Made by a program: the position numbers and the translations under genes
Assembly: GCA_030390025.1 (NCBI GenBank)
Contig: CM059432.1
Coordinates: 106,208,001 to 106,272,000 of the forward strand
Length of the DNA stretch: 64,000 bases
Direction: 5' to 3'
DNA from: Squalus acanthias
Lineage: Eukaryota
Notes under the pieces: generated by a model
Database searches by the model: none
Told to the model about the DNA's origin: nothing
The model's input: only the letters and a program-made list of their open reading frames with translations
Shown here: positions 38,006-49,127 of the stretch, piece by piece
Layout of the letters: every line of letters starts with the position of its first letter
Position numbering within the stretch: the stretch's first letter is position 1

Positions 38006-38984
38006 CGAAGGTCTGATCAAAGCTGCTGCTGGAGTTAGGCTTGTTAATCCACGACAGACCTGGCAGTTAAGGTTCGGAGGACCAAGACTAAAATGATCAC
38101 ACGATTTTGACAGCCAATCAATGGCAGGTACAATTGATAGAATAGCTCCATGGTGCCACCTCGCATTGAGACGCAGCTCAGAGAACTGAATCACAGCTCA
38201 GCATAATAAATAGGAAAATTGAAGCATTTCACAAGATAGTGATGGAAACAGCTCGACTTTGAGCCAAACATTATTCAAAATCTTATTTGAAAAAACTTTC
38301 ATCTGCCTTTTTATGTAGCTGAAATTTCTAATATCAAAATAAGGTTTGTAACATGAAAAAAAAAACTTACATATATTAATAACCTGATTAAACTTAACTA
38401 AAATGTTGGCTTTTGTGTCAGAGTACCGAAATTAATGTTTTCACAAAGGTCTCTGTCTTTCAAAATCCTGTACTTGGAGTAAATATTTTTGCCCTAAATA
38501 ACTATTAACTGAAGACTGATCACACAATCTGAGCATGTGCAGCAGGCATAATTTCCTCGGATGCATCAATCGCATTTTGTCAACCCAACTGGAAAAATGT
38601 TTGCCTCCGGTCTCCAACAGTATCGGTTTGGTTGGTTTTACATATAATTTGGAAAGTCAAATTTCAAAAATTTTGTTCAAGTTAAGTTTATACATTTAAA
38701 TAGAGCGTGAGAGAGGGGACAGACCGAGTGAGTAAATGAGAATGAGTGTGTGGGTGACAAGAGAGAGAGCGCAAGACAGATTATGAGAGTACGATAGAGG
38801 GAGATGCCATCTCATCCTGTAGCACGCTTCTCTTTCTCTTCAAATTCAATCTATATTTTTCTCAGTGGAAAAGTCAAATTGTGCCTTTGTATACAACAGT
38901 ATTTCAGTTTGTGTTTCTGAAAATGAATACAAATTGGATAATAAATTTTAGTAACTAATATTTATTTTGCCATTTCCGTAACTA

Positions 38985-40838
38985 CTAACCTGGTAGACCC
39001 ATCGTTTCAGCATGCTCTTGCCCCACAGAACTCATTTCTTCTTATCTCGACGATTTTCTCTGCTCTTGTCCAGACTTTTCCACCTACATCCGCGACTCTT
39101 CCGACGTCCTCCGCCACTTTAACAGTTTTCAGGGCCTAACCGTCTCCTTTTCACCATGGACATCCAATCCCTCTACACCTCCATCCCCTACCAGGACAGC
39201 CTGAGGGCTCTCCGCTTCTTCCTTGAACGGAGGCCCAACCAGTCCCCATCCACCACCACCCTCCTCCACCTGGCTGAATTTGTTCTCACATTGAACAACT
39301 TCTCCTTTGACTACACTCACTTCCTCCAAATAAAAGGTGTTGCTATGGCAACCCGTATGGGTCCTAGCTATGCCTGCCTTTGCGTGGGATATTTGGAACA
39401 TTCTTTGTTCCAGTCCTACTCAGGTCCCTCCCTCACCTCTTTTTCTGGCACATTGATGACTATATCGGCTCTGTCTCCTGCTCTCACCCAGAACTGGAAT
39501 ATTTCATCAACTTGGCTTCCAATTTTCACCCTTCCCTCGCATGGTCCACCTCCAACTCTTCCCTTTCTCGACTTCTTGGTCTCCATTTCTGGCGATAGGC
39601 TATCGACCAATATCCACTAAAAGCTCACTGACTCCCACAGCTACCTTGGCTACATTTCTTCCCAGCCCGCTTCCTGCAAGGACTTTATTCCATTCTCCCA
39701 GTTTCTCCGTCTCCCTCGCATCTCTTCTAGCGATGCCACCTTCTATACTAGTGCTTCAGATATGTCTTCCTTTTCCCTCAAACGAGGATTCGTCTCCATC
39801 TTGGTTGACAGGGCACTCGTCCCATTTCCCGCATTTCTGCTCTCATCCATTCCTCCACGCCCAGAACCACGATAGGGTTCCCCTTGCCCTCACCTTCCAC
39901 CCGATCAGCCTCCACATTCAACGGATCACCCTCCGCCATTTCCGCCACCTCCAGCGTGATCCATCTACCAAACACATCTTCCCCATCCCTCCCCTTTCAG
40001 TATTCCGAAGGGACCGCTCCCTCTGGGACACCCTGGCCCACTGTTCAATCATCCCCCCCCCCCGCAACACCCCCTCCCCAAAGCACCTTCCCGTGCAAGC
40101 GCAGGAGATGCAACACCTTCCCTTTTATTTCCTCCCTTCCCACCGTCCAGAGCCCCAAACACTCCTTCCAGATGGAACAGCGATTTACTTGTACTTCTTT
40201 CAATTTAGTATACTGTATTTGCAGCTCACGATGCGGTTTCCTCTACATTGGAGAGACCAAACGCAGATTGGGTGACCGCTTTGTGGAACACCTCCGTTCA
40301 GTCCGCAGTGTGACCCCGAGCTTCTGGTCGCCTGTCAGTTTAATTCTGACCTCTTTGTCTTCTGCCTCCTGTACTGTACCAATGAAGCTTAACCTAAGCT
40401 CGAGGAACAGTACCTCATCTTTTAATTAAGCACTTTACAGCCTTCTGGACTCAACATTTATTTCAACAATTTCAAATCATAACCTCTGCCCCCATTTTGT
40501 CCCGACGACAGCTGTTGCTGATGATTCCGCTATTCCCATTTACACCTCATCTGGACCCATTTTTTGTTTCTTTACTTGTCCCATTCCTGTCCCCTTTTGC
40601 CTTGCACCATCATCTCTTCTGTCATTTAATCTCTCCTGCCTTCAAGCCTATCACAGAGCTTCTCTGTTGCTTTTTCCTCCCCATCCGCTTTCCCTGCCTC
40701 TGTACTTGCTTAAAACCAGTTAGATTTAACTTTCTGACGAAAAGGTCATCGACCTGAAACATTAACTCTGTTTCTCTCTCTACAGATGCTGCCTGACCTG
40801 CTGAGTACTTCCAGCATTTTGTTTTTATTTCAGATTTA
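38985..40838 (+). mobile_element. Penelope-like retroelement, 5'-truncated (RT, GIY-YIG endonuclease, terminal repeat)
   Basis: PGRPIVS, MDIQSLYTSIP, FLQIKGVAM.TRMGPSYA, IDD, FLD; VYCICSSRCGFLYIGETKRRLGDRFVEH. Confidence 0.92.
40734..40768 (+). ncRNA. Minimal hammerhead-ribozyme-like motif in the Penelope terminal repeat (degenerate)
   Basis: CTGACGA-aa-AGGTC-atc-GACCT-GAAAC-attaact: both hammerhead core boxes around a 5-bp helix II. The helix I 5' strand appears damaged. Confidence 0.6.
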
Positions 40839-40974
40839 GGGATAGCAGTTTTTACTTGCAGCCACAAACAATGCAATAGGACATTTATTAGGATATTGAA
40901 ATTTTTAAAAAACATATTCGATCTAGTTTAACTCTTAACAGACCATAAAGATGCTCACGTTTGGGAAGACTAAC

Positions 40975-41044
40975 CTTATGTAGGGCACAGCATCATTCTG
41001 GACCAGATCCAGCAGCCAGTGCAATTCTTCAGTGCTCCTGTCCA
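40975..41044 (-). CDS. TAF2: TAF2 coding exon D (70 nt, phase 1-2): VDRSTEELHWLLDLVQNDAVPYIR
   Basis: Translated by hand. Acceptor ctttttctccttag|TG, donor ATAAG|gttagt. Resembles human VDRSYEELQWLLNMIQNDPVPYVR (recalled). Confidence 0.94.
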
Positions 41045-41518
41045 CTAAGGAGAAAAAGCTGGTTAGGAAATTAACTGTAAACAAAACAAATCTGAACATT
41101 CTCATTTAAATGAAACTCAGACAAGAGTAAATATTTAACATCCATTGTTTTAAAGATTTGTGAAGATTTCTGTAAACGGCCATGATTTTACGAAGAGTTC
41201 AAGAGAAAGAATAACAAGCAGTTGGGGAAAAAAATGAAAGTGTTAAAAAATAATTGCAGATAAGAGAGAAATCCACACCTTTATAAAATTGCAGCTCCAC
41301 CCCATGTCTCAGTTTATTTTTCCTAATTCAGGCACTTGTCATCTTTCATGTTTTTTAAACTTTATACATACTCACCCAAAAGCAGTTTAAACATTAAACC
41401 ACTACTTCATAAAAGTTTTTTTTATTACCATTTTACTTCTTTTTTGTTGAATTTAGATTCTTGTGGCACTTGCACTTATTGCAATATGGCAACTTGTATT
41501 GGTTTTAAATAGCGTCTT

Positions 41519-41872
41519 CATAAGAACGCAAGAAATAGACGTAGGAGTAGGCCATACAGCCCCTCGAGCCTGTTCCGCCATTCAAGATCATGGATGATGA
41601 TCTACATCAATTCCAGTTTCCCACCCTATCCCCATATCCTTTGATTCCCTTAGTGCCCAAAAATCTATCGATCTCGGTCTTGAATAAACTCAACGACTAA
41701 GCATTCACAGCCCTCTGAGGTAGAGAATTCCAAAGATTCACAACCCTCAGTGAAGAATTTTCTCTTCATCTCAGTCCAAAATGGCCGACTCCTTATCCTG
41801 AGACCATGACCCCTAGATCGAGGCTCTCCAGCCAGAGGAAACAGCCGCTCAGCAGCAACCCTGTCAATCCTG
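41519..41872 (-). mobile_element. CR1 LINE 3' fragment
   Basis: Tail cataagaacgcaagaaatag; RVVNLWNSLPQRAV remnant. Confidence 0.85.
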
Positions 41873-42151
41873 CTAAGTCCTGGTCACTTGGTGAAAATCT
41901 TGGAATTCCCAACTTATCACCATCATGGAAGCACTATCATTAAGGACCATAGTGTCCTTCACCACAAGGACACTCAGAGCCTTAGAAATGTTAAGTTAAT
42001 CTTTTCAAATCTCCAGTTGTTTATCTCTTATGGTCACAAGTCATACAGAGAGTCCGTCATTAAAATATGATTTGCTAATTGGTTTGTTGAATGCATCACT
42101 TTAAAGGCAGGGTATTTCCAAATTTGATAAAAGGCAGCTTCATGGGCATCT

Positions 42152-44056
42152 TAGAGTCATAGAGTTATACAGCACAGAAAGAGGCCCTTCGGCTCATCGT
42201 GTCCGCGCCGGCCATCAAGCCCTGTCTATTCTAATCCCATTTTCCAGCACTTGGTCCGTAGCCTTGTATGCTATGGCGTTTCAAGTGCTCATCTAAATGC
42301 TTCTTGAATGTTGTGAGGGTTCCTGCCTCTACCACCCTTTCAGGCAGTGAGTTCCAGATTCCAACCACCCTCTGGGTGAAAAAGTGTTTCCTCAAATCCC
42401 CTCTAAACCTCCTGCCCCTTACCTTGAAACTATGCCCCCTGGTTATTGACCCCTCTAAGGGGAAAAGTTCCTTTCTATCTACCCTATCTATGCCCCTCAT
42501 AATTTTGTACACCTCAATCAGGTCCCCCCTCAGCCTTCTCTGCTCTAAGGAAGACAACCCCAGCCTGTCCAGTCTTCTCTTCATAGCTGAAGCGCTCCAG
42601 CCCAGGTAACATCCTGCTAAATCTCCTCTGCACCCTCTCCAATGCAATCACATCCTTCCTATAGTGTGGCGACCAGTATTGCACACAGTATTCCAGCTGT
42701 GGCCTAACTAGCGTTTTGTACAGCTCCATCATAACCTCCCTGCTCTTATATTCTATGCCTCGGCTAATGAAGGCAAGTATCCCATATACCCTTCTTGAAT
42801 AATGGTACTACATTAGCTGTTCTCCAGTCCTCTGGCACCTCCCCTGTGGCCAGAGAGGTTCTGAAAATTTGTGTCAGAGCCCCTGCAATCTCATCCCTTG
42901 CCTCACACAGCAGCCTGGGATACATCTCGTCTGGGCCTGGGGATTTATCCACTTTTAAGCCCACTAAAACCGCTAGTACCTCCTCCCTCTCAATACTAAT
43001 TTGTTCAAGTATATCACAATCCCCCTGCCTGATTTCTATGCCTACATCGTCCTTCTCCATAGTGAACACAAATGCAAAATATTGATTTTAAAACCTCACC
43101 TACATCTTCCGGCTCTACACACAGATTGCCACTTTGGTCCCTACTCTTTCCCTGGTTATCCTCTTGCCCTTAATATACTTATAAAACACCTTGGGATTTT
43201 CCTTTATTTTGCCCACCAGTGCTTTTTCATGCCCCCTCTTCGCTCTCCTAATTTCTTTTTTAAGTACCCCCCTGCACTTTCTATACTCCTCTAGGGCTTC
43301 CACTGTTTTTAGTCCTTTGTATCTGCCAAAAGCCTCCCTTTTCTTCCTAATCCATTCTTGTATATCCCTCGACATCCAGGGTTCCCTGGGCTTGTTGGTC
43401 CCACCCTTGACCTTTATGGGAACATGTTGGCGTTGTACTCTCTCTATTTCCTTTCTGAAAGACTCCCACTGCTCTGATGTGGATTTTCCTACAAGTAGCT
43501 GATCCCAGTCCACTTTGGCCAGATCCTGCCTTATCATATTAAAATCGGACTTCCCCCAATTTAGAACCTTTATTTCTGGTCCATCTTTCGTCCTTTTCCA
43601 TGACTACCTTAAATCTCACCGAATTATGGTCACTGTCACCAAAATGCTCTCCTACTGACACTTCTACCACTTGCCTGGCTACATTCCCTGGAATTAGGTC
43701 CAGTACCGCCCCCTCTCTTGTAGGACTTTCTACATGCTGGCTCAAAAAGCTCTCCCGGATGCACTTTAAGAATTCCGCACCCTCTAAGCCTTTCACACTC
43801 TGACTATCCCAGTTAATATTGGGGAAGTTGAAATCCCCTACTATTATTACCCTATTATTTCTACACTTCTCTGAGATTTGCCTACATATCTGTTCCTCTA
43901 TCTCCCCCTGACTGTTTGGGGGCCTATAGTACACTCCCAGCAAAGTGCTTAACCCCTTTTTGTTTTTAAGTTCTACCCATATGGCCTCATCAGTACTAGC
44001 AATCCTCCCCACAATGTCTATCTGCTCCCCTTACAATAGAATCCCCTATCACTATT
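42152..44056 (-). mobile_element. Internally deleted CR1 (family A), sense to TAF2
   Basis: Colinear with 1-3530 except for three large deletions (junctions near 44014, 43990 and 42786). Tail ctctatgactcta intact. Confidence 0.93.
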
Positions 44057-44084
44057 AATTTTTCTTATTTGTACTTTAATTTGT

Positions 44085-44410
44085 ATATTTGTTCTTCGGT
44101 ACAGGCAACGTTGAAACAGTCAGATTTATTGTCCATCCCTAGGTGCTCTGAGGTGGTGGTGGTGGTGGTGGGCCTTCTCCTTGAACCGCTGCAGTCATTA
44201 CACTGATGGTACTTCCACAATGGTGTTAAGTTGGGAATTCCAAGATTTGAACCCAGTGGCAATGAAGGAAAGGATAATATACCTCCAAGTCAGGAAGCTG
44301 TGCGACTTGGAGGGGTATTTGGAAGCGATGGTGCTCCCATGATCTTGCTGCTTTTGGCCTTTGTGGTTGGGGAGTTGCTGTCAAACTAAACTTGGTGAGC
44401 TTTGCATTTG
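44085..44410 (-). mobile_element. 3' fragment of the LINE family at 23012-23969
   Basis: gactgcagcggttcaaggagaaggcccaccaccacc...ggatggacaataaat on the minus strand. Confidence 0.75.
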
Positions 44411-45620
44411 TAAACCAGCTACAGAGAATACGCTTAACTTTTATTCTATTCTTTAGATTTTACATCAAGCAATAACTATACTTTCAGTACGAGTATCCGA
44501 TGGTTGCTACACCAAGTTTGCCGGAAGATTCTCCCTCCTCATTTTAAAGTCTCAATATCTTATCAATCTTCAGAAGGCTGTGGAAGACATGCAGCATAGA
44601 AGAATTAAGTATGTAGAATCTTAATCTTTCATCTAGGAAGCATCCCCACACAACGTGGCTTCTCCCCATCATGCCCTCAGGTTTTGCAGCAACTAGAGTC
44701 ATATCAAGTTGGGGTTACCTCCAGGTTAAAGTGACTGACACCTCGGGGATGGAGCTAAAATTAAATAAGGCATGAGAGTCACTTCAAAGATCAGAAATAT
44801 CTTAAAAGGGAAGTTGTCCTTATAGTGATTTTTCTCAGCAAAGAACATGGACAGATCATTCCAGTGCTTCCTGGAAGAAAATGCAAGCTGCATAAGGTAC
44901 ATAATCTTTCTTTTAAAGTCATCTAATTAAACATTTTCTTTTACTCGTTCAGGAATACTTCCGATATCCTTCAGTGAATATAAATATTTTATTTATGACT
45001 TAAAAAACGAACTTAAGGCTGAATGGCCTGCTCTTGCGCCATGAAATTCTACGTAATAATACATCACATGCAGCATGTTTTTAAAAAAGGTATTTCCATT
45101 TTCTGATCTCACTGTGTCATGCACTAAATCCCTGACCAAGGTTCTGGATAAACAACAGGTATCTGCCAGTGTTGTTCTGAATCTAGCTGCTGGCAAGTGC
45201 ATGCGACTGGCTAGGGATGGCTCCCCTTCAATTGTGGAAGGACCTGCCATGCACTTGGTACCTCCTCATAGAGGAATGCCCAAGGTCAGAAACTCAACAC
45301 AGGAGAAAAAGATGAATCCCAAGCACAAATCCTTTGCACAGCGGATGTAGCAATGCATCAAAATGGTGTGCTATGCATTTAAGTTTTATCAAGATAAAAA
45401 TTGTAAAAAAGTTTTAAAACCTCAAGTCTTTCCTGATAGTTGTACACTTCGTTTTGGCATCATCCTTGTAAATCATTTTTGCACTCTCTCCAATGCTTCT
45501 ATATCCTTTTTGTAATTTGTTGTGGATCTTTTGTAGTATTGCTCAGAAGTTGGGGAATGTGCCCAATTAGGAGAGTATATGTTGTAATGGAGAATGCATT
45601 ATTTTGGTGGCATAGTTTAA

Positions 45621-46062
45621 GTGGCTCAGTTGGTAGCACGCTCACCTCCGAGTCAGAAGGTTTTGTATTCAAGTCCACTCCAGAGACTGGAGCACAAAAA
45701 ACTTGGCTGACACTCCACTGCAGTACTGAGGGAGTGCTGCACTGTTGGAGGTGCCATCTTTCAGATGAGACATTAAACTGAGGCCCTGTCTGCTCTCTCG
45801 GGTGGACATAAAAGATCACATGGCACTATTTCAAAGAGGAGCTGGGGGGTTCACCCCGGTGTCCTGGCCAATATTTATCCCTCAATCAACATCACTGGTC
45901 ATTATCACATTGCAGTCTGTGGGAGCTTGTTATGAGCAAATTGGCTGCCGCATTTCCTACACTACAACAGTGACTACACTTCAAAAGTACTTCATTGGCT
46001 GTAAAGCACTTGGGACGTCCGGTGGTCGTGAAAGGCGCTATATAAATGCAAGTCTTTTTTTT
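45621..46062 (+). mobile_element. DeuSINE (SacSINE1-like), full length
   Basis: tRNA-like A/B boxes (gtggctcagttgg; ttcaagtcc), Deu core (aaaagatcacatggcactatttcaaagagg...cctggccaatatttatccctc), L2-like tail. Confidence 0.92.
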
Positions 46063-47033
46063 AAAAGATCAAATAATAGAGAAATTACATTGAAATAAAT
46101 GCAATCGAAGAATTACATGAAATTGTACATCGGAAGATATATAATTGTAGAGGTTTATGAATAAAAAGAATGGGAGTTAAAATAAATTAATGTGAAGTAC
46201 ATGAAATAATACATTAAAAGGTACTCATGTAACGTTTGTATAAAGTGTGTGTGTAGATCATTCGTGGCATTGTTCACGGTGAGTTAGAGGATACAATGGT
46301 TTGTAACAGTAAGGGTACTGTAACAAAGAAAATATTACAGGAAGTGCATGCAATACTGAAAGGAAGTGCCTGACATACACAAGACTAATGCATTATAGAC
46401 ATAAAAGCTTAGGTAAAATAAATATTTTTATGCAATATGTATAAAGTATTAATGTAATTTGTAGTAGTATATCAATCATAAAAATGGAGAATTTTTTTTA
46501 TGTGTGTGATGTTCGTTTCTCTGCTGATTGGAATGCAAGTTTGAAGTTGAATGCGATACTGGAAAGGTGGACGCTCGGGAGTTTGGTGAGAATTGTGCAG
46601 AGGAATAAAACATTTGGAAAGCAAAGAGGCAACATTGTGGCGCAGAGGTGTTGGTGACAGGGAGTGAGTAACATGTTAATGACAAGTGAGTGGTAAAAGC
46701 CAAGTGACAGGATGTAGTGAAAGGTTAGAGAAGAAAAGTTAAAGAATTTGGTGGTAGTGAATGGTGAGCACAGAAGAGGTTGGTGGGAGAAGGTTCAAGT
46801 AGAAAAGAATTAGGGCCCTACACAATCTTTTGCTTATAAACACACGCAAGTCACAATCACAGGTTCAGATTTCGGTCTTGTGATTAGCTGATAAAATCAT
46901 GTGGGATAATTGAATAAAACACTAGTAAACTTCTCCACTGTCAAAGGTTTGTAATGCTTTGTGTTGGGGAGGGGAAGACGTAGAACATCACACCATATTA
47001 AAATTCTTATGGATCCACACATCAAGATCATAC

Positions 47034-47173
47034 CTTGCGTATAATCCACAACTGCTTCCAAAGCTGCAATGCGAACGTCAACAAAGTGTCCATATTCTGC
47101 ATATGATTTGAAGAGTGACGGATCACTAGGAATATGGCCATTCTTCTGTAGCACCCGAATAGCTTTCAGGCAG
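47034..47173 (-). CDS. TAF2: TAF2 coding exon C (140 nt, phase 2-1): CLKAIRVLQKNGHIPSDPSLFKSYAEYGHFVDVRIAALEAVVDYTQ
   Basis: Inside ORF 46897..47289. Acceptor tttgcag|C, donor CAAG|gtatga. Phases fit both neighbours. Confidence 0.96.
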
Positions 47174-47957
47174 CTGCAAATTAAACAAGAGGGATAGTGT
47201 ATTTTTAAAAACTTGAAGCCTTTGTGCTCTTGGTGGTTCAACACTGGACTGAATGAAAAACTGTTATTGTATCGAGAGCCACTTAGCACTCAAATGGACT
47301 TGCTTGAGCCAGGCAAATTTGTCCTATTCCCAATCATGGTTAAACAAGACTTTCCATCTCATGGCAAGGGAGGGACTGTTACTGTCTGGCTCACACTGCT
47401 TAAAATGTCTTGTCAGCTGGACTGACATCGGTGATCACGTAACCATCCTCTCAGCTAGTGACAAATGGTCAGCAAAGATGAGAGAGATTCTTTTTAAAAG
47501 AAATGTAATGAAATACAATACCAGGATCAAGCCCAATTAAATGGGTTCTAGCTATACTAACTGGTCAAAGCAACAGAAAATATATAGCAGCAGTTTCCAT
47601 GACTATTGTAAAAATGCTGTTGTTACCTTTATTGTTATATTTAATTACTATTCATATATTGTTTTCAATAAAAGACTATAGGTCAATTTCCCACATTGCT
47701 GAGGGGCATGTTGTTAAAAGCGAATGAAAAGTGGGACGACGTAGGTCAATAGAAACCAACATCCCCATCAATGCAATATAGAAGTAGTTAACAGGCCAAT
47801 CATTATCATCCTGTCTTTGTTCACATTTTATTAAATGCCCTCAGCTCCAAATCACATAATTTGAGACCAGCTTCTATTTATTAAGGATACAACTTGTATA
47901 GTCTGACTACATTATTTCCCTTTCGACACCTTCAATTTGTGCATTATTTTTGAAGCG

Positions 47958-48735
47958 GCAACAACAATTGCCTTTATAATGTGCCTTTATGTAGAAAATG
48001 TCCCAATGCACTTACAGTGAGGAGGGGGAAAACAGGAAAAAAATTGGATAAGCAATGAATGGATATCGAGGCATGGTTTGGTTGAATTAGGAGAGGTAAC
48101 CGAAAGCTTGTTCAGAAAGGTGGGTTTTCAGAAGCTTTATAAAAATGGAAAGAGGTGGAGGTAGAGAAGGAGTCCCAGAGAGTGGGGGCAAGGTGATTGA
48201 AGGTACTGCTGCCAATGGTGGAATGATGGGGGTGGGGCAGAAGAAAGAATGAACAAAATGCCAGAATCGGAGTTGCAGGGAGGGGCGAGGGTTGTAGGGC
48301 TGCAACAAATTGCAGAGATAGTGTGGGTGAGGCTATAAACAGATTTGAAGACGAGACAAGGATTTTAAGTTCAATGTGTTGGCAGACGGGAGCCAACGCA
48401 GCTCAGTGAGGTAGGCGAAATGAACTTATGTAGGGTCGAGGATGGGAGGCCAGCAACAAGGACACTGGAGAAAATATAAGTCTTAAGATGACAAAAGCGT
48501 GGATACACGATGGGACTGAAGTAGGGTGGAGGTGAACAATGTTGAAGACGTCAAAGTGGTGTTAGCGGCCTATAGGATGTGGAGTTTGAAATTTATCTCC
48601 AGGTCAAACAGAATGCGAAGGTTTTGTACTGTTTGGTTCAGCCCAAAAGAGTGGCCAGGAATGGGGATGGAAGCAATGACAAAGTGGTGGAGTTTGCACG
48701 AAGAGGATGGAGCTTATAGTAGGGCCAAAAACTGT
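47958..48735 (-). mobile_element. Old L2 LINE, 3' part (continues at 57321-57820)
   Basis: (caa)n tail at 47958; ORF remnant .PVCQHIELKILV...TLWDS. Confidence 0.75.
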
Positions 48736-49127
48736 GGCCTGGAATTTGCGGTCCAGATGGCTGCGAACTGGCAGCGTTTGCTGTCATTCCGCCTTTGAAA
48801 CTGACCGCAACTTCTGGATTTGGCGCATGCATAAATCCTGAAGTTGCGGTCCGTCATTCACAGCTCCGACACAGGCTGCGTTGTGCCCCCACAACTCCCC
48901 CCAACCAGTGTAATCACTCAAATCAGCGAAACTGACAAAAATGTCAGCTCTTCCACAGTAAGTCCGCTGTTAAATTTAAAGTTAGACCAAAAGGGATTTG
49001 GTGTAACTGGGGTTTTAACAGTATATTGACTGCTAAACAAAGGTTATGGGCCTGAAAAACTAATTTTAATTTTGTGCAGTGTGAAATTTATCCATTTTAG
49101 TAAAAAATTTAATTTTTAAGAAACTTT

